DNA from: Deltaproteobacteria bacterium
GTDB lineage: Bacteria; Desulfobacterota; Desulfobacteria; Desulfobacterales; C00003060
Length of the DNA stretch: 43,838 bases
Assembly: GCA_030665585.1 (NCBI GenBank)
Contig: DAOUZN010000001.1
Span: forward strand, 1 to 43,838
Direction: 5' to 3'
Under the pieces are notes generated by a model that saw only the letters and a program-made list of their open reading frames with translations, ran no database searches and was not told where the DNA came from. Positions 34,370-43,838 of this stretch are shown in pieces. The first letter of the stretch is position 1. Each line of letters starts with the position of its first letter. Position numbers and translations under genes: made by a program.

Positions 34370-36256
34370 TTGAATCCTTTTTACAAGAATCTGGCCTTGT
34401 GGCTGGTCATAAGTCTTGTCATGATCTTACTCTTTAACCTGTTTAACCAGTCGAGGGTCCAGGACAGAGAAATTAGCTATACGGAATTCATGGGCCGGGT
34501 GGAAAAGGGGGATGTGGCAGGTGTGGTTATTCGGGGGCAAGAAATTTCCGGCAGTGACGTCGATGGTGTCCGTTTCAAGACCTTTGCTCCTCAGGACGGA
34601 GACCTGATCAAGACCCTGAGAGGTCACGAGGTAACCATCAAGGTCAAGCCTCCTGCCGAATCCCCGTGGTACATGACGGTGCTGGTGTCCTGGTTCCCGA
34701 TGATTCTGCTGATTGGCGTATGGATCTTCTTCATGCGCCAGATGCAGGGAGGGGGAGGCAAGGCCCTGTCTTTTGGGAAAAGTAGGGCAAGGCTTCTTTC
34801 AGACCAGTCAGCCAGGGTAACCTTTAAGGATGTCGCGGGCATTGATGAGGCGAAGGAAGAGTTGAGTGAAATCATCGATTTTTTGAAAGACCCCAAGAAA
34901 TTTACCCGGTTGGGGGGTAGAATCCCAAAAGGTGTTCTTCTCGTGGGGGCCCCTGGTACCGGCAAAACGCTTCTGGCCAGGGCCATTGCCGGAGAGGCGG
35001 GCGTTCCTTTCTTCAGCATCAGCGGTTCGGACTTTGTGGAGATGTTTGTTGGGGTTGGGGCATCCCGGGTGCGGGACCTCTTTGTTCAGGGGAAAAAGCA
35101 CGCCCCATGCATTATTTTTATCGACGAAATCGACGCGGTGGGCCGACACAGGGGTGCCGGCCTTGGAGGCGGGCACGATGAGAGGGAACAGACTTTGAAC
35201 CAACTCCTGGTAGAGATGGATGGATTCGAATCGAATGAAGGGGTAATTCTCATATCAGCCACAAACCGCCCAGATATTTTGGACCCTGCCCTTACGCGCC
35301 CCGGACGGTTTGACCGCCAAGTGGTTGTGCCGGTGCCCGATATAAAAGGACGTGAAGGCATTCTTCAGGTCCACAGCCGAAAGACACCCCTGGCGGATGA
35401 CGTGGAATTGGCTGTGCTTGCGCGAGGCACCCCCGGCTTCTCCGGTGCAGACCTTGAAAATATGGTCAACGAAGCCGCACTGCTGGCGGCTAGGGGGGAC
35501 AAGGACGTTTTGGAGATGGCAGACTTTGAGGAGGCCAAAGATAAAGTCCTCATGGGCACAGCCCGAAAGAGTATGATCATCAGCGAGGCGGAGAAGCGCA
35601 ATACGGCATATCATGAAGCAGGCCATACCCTGGTCGCCAAAATGATACCTGGAACCGATCCCATCCACAAGGTGACCATTATACCCCGAGGCCGTGCCCT
35701 GGGGCTCACCCAACAGCTCCCCATCGATGAAAAGCATACCTATCCGAAGAAATACCTGCTGAACAATCTCGCCGTGCTCATGGGTGGCCGCGCAGCTGAA
35801 GAACTGGTTCTCAAGGAGGTGACGAGTGGTGCAGGCAACGACATTGAGCGCGCCACGGACACTGCCCGTAAGATGGTCTGCGAGTGGGGCATGAGTGAGG
35901 GACTGGGCCCCCTAAGCTTTGGACAGAAAGAAGAGCAGATCTTTTTGGGCAGAGAGTTCGCCCAACATCGGGACTACAGTGAAGAGACGGCGGTCCTCAT
36001 CGACAAGGAGGTCACCCGGTTCGTTTCAGAGGCATATGATAAGGCCAAAAAGATTCTCCAAGAGCACACGGATACCCTCCACGGCCTGGCACAGGCGCTG
36101 CTCGAGAGGGAGACTCTAACGGAACGCGACATCGACGTCATCATTGCAGGAGATATTCCCGTGGCCCCCGAGTCCAGCAAAGAAAAGGCCGAACCCGAGG
36201 TGCAGGGTAAAGGTAAGGGGCGGACAACCCGGGAGTTCCGGCCACTTCCCAGCTAG
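34370..36256 (+). CDS. ftsH: ATP-dependent zinc metalloprotease FtsH
   Basis: Two TM helices, Walker A GAPGTGKT, the second region of homology, and the zinc site HEAGH. Confidence 0.97.
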   Translation: MNPFYKNLALWLVISLVMILLFNLFNQSRVQDREISYTEFMGRVEKGDVAGVVIRGQEISGSDVDGVRFKTFAPQDGDLIKTLRGHEVTIKVKPPAESPWYMTVLVSWFPMILLIGVWIFFMRQMQGGGGKALSFGKSRARLLSDQSARVTFKDVAGIDEAKEELSEIIDFLKDPKKFTRLGGRIPKGVLLVGAPGTGKTLLARAIAGEAGVPFFSISGSDFVEMFVGVGASRVRDLFVQGKKHAPCIIFIDEIDAVGRHRGAGLGGGHDEREQTLNQLLVEMDGFESNEGVILISATNRPDILDPALTRPGRFDRQVVVPVPDIKGREGILQVHSRKTPLADDVELAVLARGTPGFSGADLENMVNEAALLAARGDKDVLEMADFEEAKDKVLMGTARKSMIISEAEKRNTAYHEAGHTLVAKMIPGTDPIHKVTIIPRGRALGLTQQLPIDEKHTYPKKYLLNNLAVLMGGRAAEELVLKEVTSGAGNDIERATDTARKMVCEWGMSEGLGPLSFGQKEEQIFLGREFAQHRDYSEETAVLIDKEVTRFVSEAYDKAKKILQEHTDTLHGLAQALLERETLTERDIDVIIAGDIPVAPESSKEKAEPEVQGKGKGRTTREFRPLPS

Positions 36257-36279
36257 ACCCCATCGACAAGGCATCCGTT

Positions 36280-37128
36280 TTGAAGCTCCAATGCGGCCCT
36301 TTTGGGCTGACCTTAGGGAAGCGTACGTTGATGATGGGCATCGTGAATGTGACGCCCGATTCTTTTTCAGACGGTGGTTTGTTTTTTGACCAGGCCGATG
36401 CTGTTGCCCACGGGGAGGCCCTGGCAGCAGCGGGAGCAGATATCATTGACGTGGGCGGCGAGTCCTCGCGTCCATTTTCTGAGTCGGTGCCAGTACAGGA
36501 GGAGATTCGGCGTGTTGTGCCTGTCATTGAAGAACTGGCCAGGCGTCTTTCGGTTCCCATCTCGATTGACACCCACAAAGCCCGGGTAGCAAGACGCGCC
36601 ATTAGCGTCGGCGCGTCCATGGTCAACGATATAGGAGCCCTCCTGCTGGATCCGGCCATGGGGAGTGTTGTTGCCGAGGCAGGTGTGGCCGTTGTCGTCA
36701 TGCACATGAAGGGCACGCCCAAAGTCATGCAAGTCGGTCCCCATTATGAAGACGTGGTGGGGGAGGTCAGGGGCTTTTTGGCCGATGCCGTGGAAAGGGC
36801 CGAACAGGCGGGGATTGGCCCATCCAGAATCATCGTGGATCCGGGGATCGGTTTTGGCAAGACCGTGACACATAACTTGCTTCTCATCAAACACCTTTCA
36901 GCCTTGCAGGCCATGGGGGTTCCCATTCTGATCGGGCCGTCGCGAAAATCTTTTATTGCCAAGATACTCGGTAACGGAGACGAACGTCGCGAAGTGGGCA
37001 CCCAGGCTGCAGTAGCCGTGGCTGCTCTGCACGGCGCCCATATCGTACGTGTCCATGACGTGGAACGGACAAGGTATACCCTGAAACTGGTCGACGCCAT
37101 CAAGAACCCGGCGAGTTGCAACGCGTGA
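36280..37128 (+). CDS. folP: dihydropteroate synthase
   Basis: MGIVNVTPDSFSDGG, DIIDVGGESSRP, DPGIGFGK. TTG start at 36280. Confidence 0.92.
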   Translation: MKLQCGPFGLTLGKRTLMMGIVNVTPDSFSDGGLFFDQADAVAHGEALAAAGADIIDVGGESSRPFSESVPVQEEIRRVVPVIEELARRLSVPISIDTHKARVARRAISVGASMVNDIGALLLDPAMGSVVAEAGVAVVVMHMKGTPKVMQVGPHYEDVVGEVRGFLADAVERAEQAGIGPSRIIVDPGIGFGKTVTHNLLLIKHLSALQAMGVPILIGPSRKSFIAKILGNGDERREVGTQAAVAVAALHGAHIVRVHDVERTRYTLKLVDAIKNPASCNA

Positions 37129-37188
37129 CCCCTGGCGAACCCGAGGCCTTTGCAGTAGAGAAACGTGCATGAATAAGGCGCCATCACC

Positions 37189-37962
37189 ATGCTCTTAGCT
37201 GTCGATGTAGGAAATACGAACACGATCATCGGGGTCTACGATGGTGAAGACCTCGCCTGCCACTGGCGGGTGCGCACCGACAAGGATATGACCGAAGACG
37301 AGTTCTACATATTGATCAAGAACCTGTTTTCCTTCCAGGGCGCGGCTATGGAGTCCATCAGTGGGACGATTATCTCATGCGTGGTCCCTCCCATGGTAAA
37401 GAACCTCAACAAGTTTTGTACGCAATACCTTCAGCACGACCCCCTGTGGGTCGATGCGACTACCTTCACGGAGATGCCCGTGCTCTACGATAACCCCAAG
37501 GAGGTGGGAGCGGACCGGATCGTCAATGCTGTGGCAGCCTTTCACAAGTATCGTACAAGCCTGGTTGTGGTTGACTTTGGCACGGCCACCACCTTTGACT
37601 GCATCTCAGATCAAGGCGCTTATCTGGGCGGCGCTATCAGCCCCGGCATACTCATCTCTTCAGAGGCCCTCTTCAAGAAGGCCTCTAAGCTTCCGCGGGT
37701 GGAAATCTACAGGAGGCCAAAAAGCGTGATTGCCAAGGATACCCTGAGCAGCATGAACGCGGGAATTATATACGGTTATGCGGGACTGGTGGATGGAATC
37801 GTATGTCGCATCAAGAAGGAGATGAAACCAACGCCCAAGGTGATTGCCACGGGCGGCCTAGCCGACCTTATAGCAGAGGTGGCCCAGGCCATCGAAGTTG
37901 TTGAACCTCATCTCACGTTAGAAGGTCTGCGGATCATCTACGGCAAGATCAAAAACACCTAA
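37189..37962 (+). CDS. coaX: type III pantothenate kinase
   Basis: MLLAVDVGNTNTIIGVY, GADRIVNAVAA, VVDFGTATTFD. Confidence 0.93.
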   Translation: MLLAVDVGNTNTIIGVYDGEDLACHWRVRTDKDMTEDEFYILIKNLFSFQGAAMESISGTIISCVVPPMVKNLNKFCTQYLQHDPLWVDATTFTEMPVLYDNPKEVGADRIVNAVAAFHKYRTSLVVVDFGTATTFDCISDQGAYLGGAISPGILISSEALFKKASKLPRVEIYRRPKSVIAKDTLSSMNAGIIYGYAGLVDGIVCRIKKEMKPTPKVIATGGLADLIAEVAQAIEVVEPHLTLEGLRIIYGKIKNT

Positions 37963-38041
37963 CCGCGCCCTTGTCCCCGTCATGCCAAGAACGCCTTCTC
38001 ACACTTCACTGCCGAGAAAGACTTACTTTCCAAACTGACGA

Positions 38042-38704
38042 TCAGGCTCGGCCTGTTTTCTTCAAAGACTCCTTGTAGACCTGGTAGAACTCCTCGTGCT
38101 CTGCCAGGGCTCCTTTCAGGATGCTTTCCATATCATCTATGTTCTGCAAGTTGACCGCCAGGTTGACACTCTTGTTGAAGGCCGTCATGTTGTCCATGGT
38201 CTTGAGGCTGTTGCTGAGAAGAACGACAAACGTGTTGCCCCGGATACTCATGGGAAGCTGTACCAAATATTGAAGCACGTGGTTCGAGTCAGCGCCCGCA
38301 GAATCAAAGGCTTCATTGACAACGACCAGGTCATAAGTGTGAAACCGCATATATTTCAAAGCGTTCCGAGCTGAAGGAGCCTCCACCACGTGGTAGTTCA
38401 TGCCCTCAACAACGTCATGGATCTTTTGTCTGACCTCCGAGTCAGTCTCACACAGTAGCGTGGTTTGGACGCCTGCATGAACGTAATCAAAGGGTTTTTC
38501 CGAGGCATCGTAGGTGGGGGACTCGACCTCATTGACGAGGGTCTCCAGGCTTCTGACTGGTGTGACTCCTCGTGCCTCGGACTGGGTATGGAGCTCCAGC
38601 CTCCCGTCACATTTCGGGCACTTGATGGAAACCATGCGTCCTGGAGGCAGGTCTTCATCAGGAAGCCTGAATCTATTTCTGCAATCTCGGCAAACAACTT
38701 CCAT
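38042..38704 (-). CDS. zinc-ribbon (MJ0042-type) plus receiver-like domain protein
   Basis: The N-terminus CRDCRNRFRLP...IKCPKCDGRL is a CxxC...CxxC ribbon. The C-terminal ~125 aa align by eye to a CheY-like fold (LLCETD, DLVVVNE, VVLLSN, FNKS). Asn sits where the phospho-acceptor Asp is expected. Confidence 0.65.
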   Translation of the reverse strand: MEVVCRDCRNRFRLPDEDLPPGRMVSIKCPKCDGRLELHTQSEARGVTPVRSLETLVNEVESPTYDASEKPFDYVHAGVQTTLLCETDSEVRQKIHDVVEGMNYHVVEAPSARNALKYMRFHTYDLVVVNEAFDSAGADSNHVLQYLVQLPMSIRGNTFVVLLSNSLKTMDNMTAFNKSVNLAVNLQNIDDMESILKGALAEHEEFYQVYKESLKKTGRA

Positions 38705-38717
38705 GTCTCAATACCCT

Positions 38718-39896
38718 TCAAGCCCCTTGACGCTGTGGACGACCATAACCCATATCAACCTCAAGGTCTTCGATATCCGTGGTTTTCTCTCCGCGCCCAC
38801 TCTTTATCCGGTCGATGCCTCGCCCGACCGTGGCTTTGCGAGATGCGTAGGCCATGGCCGTATCTTCGGTGATTAGACCTCGTTCGTAAAGTCGCGTAAT
38901 GGACCTGTCAAAGGTCGTCATCCCAAAGGCCTCACCGGCCTCTATGATCTCATAAAAGGTCTTGCCCTCCGACTCGCCGTGGAGAATCGTGTCCTTGACC
39001 CTGAGGCTCGTCCCCATGATTTCAAAGGCGGCCACGCGGCCACCGCCTACCTTGGGAAGGAGCCTCTGGGAAACAATCCACCGGATGGTGTCTGCCAACC
39101 GGATGCGGATTTGATTCTCTTCATCGACGCCAAACATACCAAGGACACGATTGACGGTTTGGCCTGCATCCACCGTGTGGAGGGTGGTCAGGACGAGGTG
39201 TCCGGTCTCGGCTGCGTTCAGTCCAATCTCAACACTTTCCCGGTCGCGCATTTCACCCACCAGGATGACCTTGGGGGCTTGTCGCAAAGCAGCGCGGAGG
39301 CCATTGGCAAACGTGTCGAAGTTGGTTCCCATTTCCCGTTGGTTGAAGGTGGCTTTCTTGTGGGGATGCTCGTATTCGATGGGGTCCTCCAGGGTGACGA
39401 CGTGAACTGACTTTTTCTCATTGATTTCATTGAGTATGGTTGCCAGGGAGGTGGACTTACCTGTCCCTGTTGCCCCCGTAAATAGAACAAGGCCGTTTTT
39501 TTCTTCAGCCATTTTGTAAAAAGCCGATGGCAAGCCAAGCTCCTTGCAGGTGGGAATCTTCGTTTCCAGTTTTCTCAACATGATGGAGTAATTGTTTTTC
39601 TGAGAGAAGATGTTCACCCTGAAACGGGCCTTACCTGGAAGCTGGTACGACATGTCGCACGACCCCTCTTTCAGGAGCGTTTCTGTCAAACGGCGGTCCC
39701 GGTTCAGGAGGTTCAGGACAAAGGTCTCTGTCTGGAAAGGGGTCAGCTCTTTGAAGGGAGGCTGCAAATCTACAGGGCAAAGCACCCCATCGCTTTCTAC
39801 CTGGAAGGGTCTGCCCACGGTAATATTCAGATCGGAAACATTGCTGTGGGCGTCAAGCATCCTGGTCAGGATGTGGTCTATCTCTTGTTTCCTCAT
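38718..39896 (-). CDS. PilT/PilU-family type IV pilus retraction ATPase paralogue
   Basis: SDLNITVGRPFQV, Walker A GATGTGKST, VTLEDPIEYEH, ILVGEMRD, LVLTTLHT. It has a ~30-aa C-terminal extension. Confidence 0.88.
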   Translation of the reverse strand: MRKQEIDHILTRMLDAHSNVSDLNITVGRPFQVESDGVLCPVDLQPPFKELTPFQTETFVLNLLNRDRRLTETLLKEGSCDMSYQLPGKARFRVNIFSQKNNYSIMLRKLETKIPTCKELGLPSAFYKMAEEKNGLVLFTGATGTGKSTSLATILNEINEKKSVHVVTLEDPIEYEHPHKKATFNQREMGTNFDTFANGLRAALRQAPKVILVGEMRDRESVEIGLNAAETGHLVLTTLHTVDAGQTVNRVLGMFGVDEENQIRIRLADTIRWIVSQRLLPKVGGGRVAAFEIMGTSLRVKDTILHGESEGKTFYEIIEAGEAFGMTTFDRSITRLYERGLITEDTAMAYASRKATVGRGIDRIKSGRGEKTTDIEDLEVDMGYGRPQRQGA

Positions 39897-39936
39897 GGCG
39901 TCTTTGCCTCCTCGATAGCACAGGCGCGCCTACGCC

Positions 39937-41019
39937 CTACGCCTCTGTAAAATCCACCGGTGGTGCCTTCAACAGGGGCCGGAACTTGCTCTTGTCGTTG
40001 GACTTGGCATAGGCCTCGTCCGCACTGATCCAGCCCTTGTTATGGAGAGTCATGATGGCGTCGTCCAAGAGTTGCATGCCATATTTTTTCCCGGTCTGGA
40101 TGGAGGAGGGAATCTGATGTGACTTTCGTTCCCGAACCAGGTTGCGTACGGCAGGGGTGGCAATCATGATTTCCAGGGCCACACACCGACCCCTCTGATC
40201 GATCCGCTTGAAAAGGACCTGGGCCAACACCGCACGGAGTCCGTCTGCCAGGGTCGAACGAATCTGTTCTTGCTGGCTGGCCGGAAAAACCTCGATGATA
40301 CGGTCCACAGTGCTCACAGCACTGGTCGTGTGCAAAGTTGCAAAGACAAGATGTCCAGTCGTGGCCGCCTCAATAGCCAGAGAAATCGTTTCAAGGTCTC
40401 TCATCTCCCCCACGAGAATGATGTCCGGGTCTTCACGAAGGGCCCCTCGAAGGGCCGCTGCAAAGGACTTGGTATGGATGCCAACCTCCCGCTGATTGAC
40501 GATACACCCCTGACTCTTGTGCACGAATTCAATGGGGTCTTCAATGGTGATAATATGGTCTTTTCGCGTCTGATTGGCCAGGTCAACAATGGCTGCCAAG
40601 GTCGTAGACTTACCGCTTCCCGTGGGCCCGGTGATCAGTACGAGCCCGCGGGGCAGGGAGGCAAGCTTGGATACCACGGCCGGCAGCCCGAGCTCTTGCA
40701 CCGTCGAAATATGACTAGGAATCTCACGGAAGACCGCCCCGATACCGTTTTTTTGCATGAAATAGTTCGCCCGGTAGCGGGCAAGACCAGGAATTTCATA
40801 TCCAAAGTCCACATCCCCGCTCTCCTCAAAGACCTTGATCTTGTCTTCGGGCGTGATTTCATAAAGCATGCTTCTAAGCTGGTCATTGGTGAGTTCCGAA
40901 TACTTGACCCGCTCAATATCACCGACAATTCTGAGCATGGGTGGCTCGCCTGCAACGACGTGGAGGTCAGAGGCTCCTTGCTCATGCATCAATTTGAAAA
41001 ATGCGTCGATCTTTGCCAT
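39937..41019 (-). CDS. pilT: type IV pilus twitching-motility ATPase PilT
   Basis: GASDLHVVAGEPPMLRI, Walker A GPTGSGKST, ITIEDPIEFVH, ILVGEMRDLETI, LVFATLHT and the AIRNLIRE-like AVRNLVRE. Confidence 0.93.
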   Translation of the reverse strand: MAKIDAFFKLMHEQGASDLHVVAGEPPMLRIVGDIERVKYSELTNDQLRSMLYEITPEDKIKVFEESGDVDFGYEIPGLARYRANYFMQKNGIGAVFREIPSHISTVQELGLPAVVSKLASLPRGLVLITGPTGSGKSTTLAAIVDLANQTRKDHIITIEDPIEFVHKSQGCIVNQREVGIHTKSFAAALRGALREDPDIILVGEMRDLETISLAIEAATTGHLVFATLHTTSAVSTVDRIIEVFPASQQEQIRSTLADGLRAVLAQVLFKRIDQRGRCVALEIMIATPAVRNLVRERKSHQIPSSIQTGKKYGMQLLDDAIMTLHNKGWISADEAYAKSNDKSKFRPLLKAPPVDFTEA

Positions 41020-41031
41020 AGGGTCCTTTAC

Positions 41032-41532
41032 CTAACCGTTCTTGAGAAATCTAAGTTTCTCCTCAGATTTTTTCTCGCTTTCCATGGCTTCCTTGCTCAT
41101 GTCCAGGAATTTGCCATGGGCCTCCAGGATCGTTCTCAGCTCCACTTCGAGTTGTGTGCGTTGCCTCTTAAGCTCTGAAATATCGTTGTGGAGCTGGTAA
41201 AGCCGATTGTCGGCTGACCTCAATAGCTTTTCAGCCTTCATTTGCGCTTCAGAGATGATGAGGTCACTTTCCTTTTCGGCATTTTGCTTCATGACATTTA
41301 GCATTTCCTGGGCATTGACCATGGCCTGCTGGAAGGTCTTCTCTTGCTCTTGGAATTTCCGAATTTCGCCTTTGAGTCGTTCCATGTCTTTGCGAAGCGT
41401 CTCATTTTCCCGGCTCAGGAGTTCCATGGATTCAGCAACCCGTTCCAAGAAAGCGTCCACTTCACGGACATCGAAGCCTCTGAAGCGAATACGAAACTGC
41501 CCCTGCTGGATATCGAGCGGTGTCATGGTCAT
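41032..41532 (-). CDS. DivIVA-domain protein
   Basis: MTPLDIQQGQFRIRFRGFDVREVDAFLERV, followed by coiled coil. Confidence 0.88.
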   Translation of the reverse strand: MTMTPLDIQQGQFRIRFRGFDVREVDAFLERVAESMELLSRENETLRKDMERLKGEIRKFQEQEKTFQQAMVNAQEMLNVMKQNAEKESDLIISEAQMKAEKLLRSADNRLYQLHNDISELKRQRTQLEVELRTILEAHGKFLDMSKEAMESEKKSEEKLRFLKNG

Positions 41533-41557
41533 AAGCGGTTCCCCCGTTTTTAGGTGG

Positions 41558-41857
41558 TTACATGAGCGTTGCGGCCAACCGTATCAAACTGTTCACCACA
41601 AAGGACCGCACGAATATGATAGCGAGCAATACAAGCATGGGAGAAAAATCGATGCCGCTCAAGCCAAGGGGAAATCGTGCGCGCAAAGGATACAGCACCG
41701 GTTCCGTGACGTTATGAATAAAACGGACAATGGGATTGTAGGGGTCAGGACTCACCCAAGAGAGGACGGCCCGGGCAATGATGATCCACATGTAAAAAAA
41801 CAAAGCATAATCTAAGACCGTGGCAAGAGCATTCAGAAAATAGCCGATGATGAACAT
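41558..41857 (-). CDS. yggT: YggT-family membrane protein
   Basis: 99 aa. WIIIARAVLSWVSPDPYNPIVRFIHNVTEPVLYPLR. Confidence 0.88.
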   Translation of the reverse strand: MFIIGYFLNALATVLDYALFFYMWIIIARAVLSWVSPDPYNPIVRFIHNVTEPVLYPLRARFPLGLSGIDFSPMLVLLAIIFVRSFVVNSLIRLAATLM

Positions 41858-41984
41858 GGTGCTCCCTCAAGAAGATACAGCGGGCAATGTGCGGTGCCGG
41901 TATTCCATTGACAAGTATCTGAGTTTTATTGATTATTGAAAATAGCCCATCAAAAGTCAAGAGGTTTGATTGAAGATCCCTGCA

Positions 41985-42002
41985 GTCCCGATGCATCGGG
42001 AC
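41985..42002. repeat. 18-nt perfect palindrome in the yggT/proC divergent intergenic region
   Basis: GTCCCGATGCATCGGGAC is identical to its own reverse complement. Confidence 0.7.
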
Positions 42003-42204
42003 GGGGAATGCGTTCGCTTTTTCGGTTCAACACCGTTGACAGCGACAGGCTAAGGGCGTTAAGTCACCTCACCGGGTTCCGGTGGTTGACGGGTTATTTT
42101 GCACAATTCATGCCACAGCCACAGTCCGTTTACCTGGCCTGTATGTGGTAGACTTGCTCAACGCCGTGTACGCGGTCAGGTTAACGCAAAATGAGGAGAG
42201 GGTT

Positions 42205-43062
42205 ATGAAACGGCTGAACAAAAAAATAGGCTTTATTGGTGCAGGAAATATGGGAGAGGCGATGATTAACGGTCTCATCAAATCGGCCTTGTGTGAGCCG
42301 GACCAGATCTGGGCCAGCGACGTACGAGCGGCCCGGTTGCGCCAACTGAAGGACACCTATCAGATTCATGTTACCCAGGACAACATAGAAGTCTTTGAAC
42401 AGGTCGATGTGGTCATTTTAGCAGTCAAGCCTCAGCACATGGACGAGGTCCTGGACCATCTTTCCAGGACGTTTCCCCGCACCATCAAGGGAGTCAAGCT
42501 TATCATTTCCATTGCTGCAGGTTTTCCCATCGCAAGGATTGAGAGGCACTTTTACCAAGACCTGGATGAAAGTTCCAAGGGGCTGCTCCCTATCGTTCGT
42601 GTCATGCCTAATACGCCGGCATTGGTCCTGGCCGGCATGGCCGGTATGAGCGGCAATGCCTATGCCGGAGCATCGGACCTTGATGAGGCCCGCAACATAT
42701 TGGCGGCCATCGGGGGGGTCATCGAATTTCAGGAAAAGGATTTGGATGCAGTCACCGCCCTTAGCGGTTCTGGGCCGGCCTATGTTTTCTACTTGATAGA
42801 GGCCCTGGTGGAGGCTGGGGCCGGTCTTGGGTTGAGGCCGTCCCATGCCCTTCGGTTAACCCTTGAAACCATCAAGGGGTCGGTTAAACTGTTGGAGGCA
42901 ACGGGTGAGGCGCCTGTGGTTCTTCGGAAAAACGTCACGTCTAGGGGTGGGACCACGGAGGCAGCACTCAATGTGCTGGACCGCCACGGGGTGAAGGGGC
43001 ATCTGATGGATGCCATTCGAGCCGCTGCTCAGCGATCCAAGGCGCTGAGCGAATCAGATTAG
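42205..43062 (+). CDS. proC: pyrroline-5-carboxylate reductase
   Basis: GAGGAGAG RBS, then ATG at 42205. KIGFIGAGNMGEAMINGL (Rossmann fold), RVMPNTPA, GSGPAY, VTSRGGTTEAAL. The tracked ORF start 42082 is upstream of the RBS. Confidence 0.92.
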   Translation: MKRLNKKIGFIGAGNMGEAMINGLIKSALCEPDQIWASDVRAARLRQLKDTYQIHVTQDNIEVFEQVDVVILAVKPQHMDEVLDHLSRTFPRTIKGVKLIISIAAGFPIARIERHFYQDLDESSKGLLPIVRVMPNTPALVLAGMAGMSGNAYAGASDLDEARNILAAIGGVIEFQEKDLDAVTALSGSGPAYVFYLIEALVEAGAGLGLRPSHALRLTLETIKGSVKLLEATGEAPVVLRKNVTSRGGTTEAALNVLDRHGVKGHLMDAIRAAAQRSKALSESD

Positions 43063-43089
43063 GAATCTGAAATGGGAAGAGGGATGACC

Positions 43090-43164
43090 ATGGAATACGA
43101 CGACAGACATGAAGACCTGGCTGCAGAGAAGCTTGAAGATGAGCTATATGCGATAGAGCGTTAG
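43090..43164 (+). CDS. possible acidic micro-ORF of 24 aa (30 aa if started at 43072)
   Basis: GGAAGAGGG lies 6 nt upstream of ATG 43090. Translation is MEYDDRHEDLAAEKLEDELYAIER. There is no supporting homology, so this is speculative. Confidence 0.15.
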   Translation: MEYDDRHEDLAAEKLEDELYAIER

Positions 43165-43838
43165 ATTTCAGAGTATGGCCTTGGACTGGAAGCGCTAAAC
43201 GATGAACTGTCAGAGTGACCATCTGGAGGCAACATTTCCCAAAAATCAAAGAAAATGGAAGAAAGTGAAAGACATCGTTGAAAGAGGAACCTGTTCATAA
43301 CCAGTCGATAAGTTCCGATTTCTTTGAAATCCTTGACAGAAATTAGGCGGTCAAAGAATTGCCTATGTGCAAACGTTTGTGGCAGAGTGATGTTTTATGT
43401 CCACTGATATTAAAGCGTTACAAGTTGTTGATAACTTATTCACAAGAACATCATAATCCCCCCTCATCGCTTTTGACAGAAGCCAACAGAGACCTTATGA
43501 AGACAGTGTAATCTGAGATAGGCTGTTTCTACTGTCGTTTGTCCCCCACTTAGGGCTTACCCCCGTGGAGAAAAACCTCAAAACGTGCCCACGCAGGCCC
43601 TAACGGAACGTTGTCTGTTCTGTTGGGGCGTCAAGGAACCACGTTTGTGAAGCCGTGTCACTTGTAAGGTCTGGCAGGAACCGTCGGTCTACCAGGCGAT
43701 CATGTCGTCTTTGTTTTCCATCTCTGATGACGAACTGCTCACGTTCACCGCCGTGTGTGAACCGTATTTACGGGTGCCATGGTTGGGGTGAACAAGTCCA
43801 TGACACCCCTCTGTCATCAAAAGCGATCACTCCTTTGA

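Noticed and set aside
40270-41178. 302-aa plus-strand ORF
   Set aside because: It is antisense to pilT and divIVA and has no recognisable motifs.
43436-43444. The DnaA-box-like TTATTCACA as evidence for a replication origin
   Set aside because: It is a single box only. There is no cluster, no adjacent AT-rich 13-mer array, and no dnaA or dnaN nearby.
1-43838. A CRISPR array, rRNA, tmRNA or intact IS element
   Set aside because: No regularly spaced short repeats were seen. No rRNA-like or tmRNA-like (GGGGCTGAT...CCACCA) signatures were found in the ORF-free stretches. No transposase or integrase-like translation appears in any listed ORF.

Overview
This window is mostly core-genome DNA. Protein signatures and GC-rich REP-like hairpins suggest a Desulfobacterota (deltaproteobacterial) type chromosome, but that is inference only. 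Plus-strand blocks, read by eye from the translations: tRNA-Ala, hisB, a lipoprotein and hisA; dnaG, rpoD and tRNA(CAU); a DUF164-type zinc-ribbon gene, rnpB, an HPr-fusion gene and ispD; ispF; radA, rlmE, yebC and a gcvH-like gene; tilS, ftsH, folP and coaX; proC. Minus-strand blocks: gpmI; a TPR protein; tRNA-Glu; pgk, a cNMP/PilZ protein, a PLDc_N peptide, mltB and a histidine kinase; lolA, ftsK and plsC; an unknown gene, dnaK and grpE; a TIGR01212 radical SAM gene; a long-form SRP RNA; and yggT, divIVA, pilT, a pilU-like gene and a zinc-ribbon/receiver-like gene. No CRISPR array, rRNA, integrase or intact transposase is visible. The only clearly accessory piece is an AbrB/PIN toxin-antitoxin cassette bracketed by 58-bp direct repeats beside tRNA-Glu. 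No convincing novel multi-gene system stands out. The items most worth follow-up are: the repeat-bracketed TA cassette; an HPr domain fused to about 340 aa of unrecognised sequence; a 570-nt non-coding gap upstream of dnaG with its own promoter and nested long-range helices; a 176-nt imperfect palindrome splitting hisB from hisA; an Alu-domain (Bacillus-type) SRP RNA; a PilT/PilU operon ending in a zinc-ribbon plus degenerate-receiver protein; a cNMP+PilZ dual-sensor gene overlapping an atypical pgk; and an ORF-poor, AT-richer final 780 nt. All coordinates and motifs were read by eye. No database search was run.
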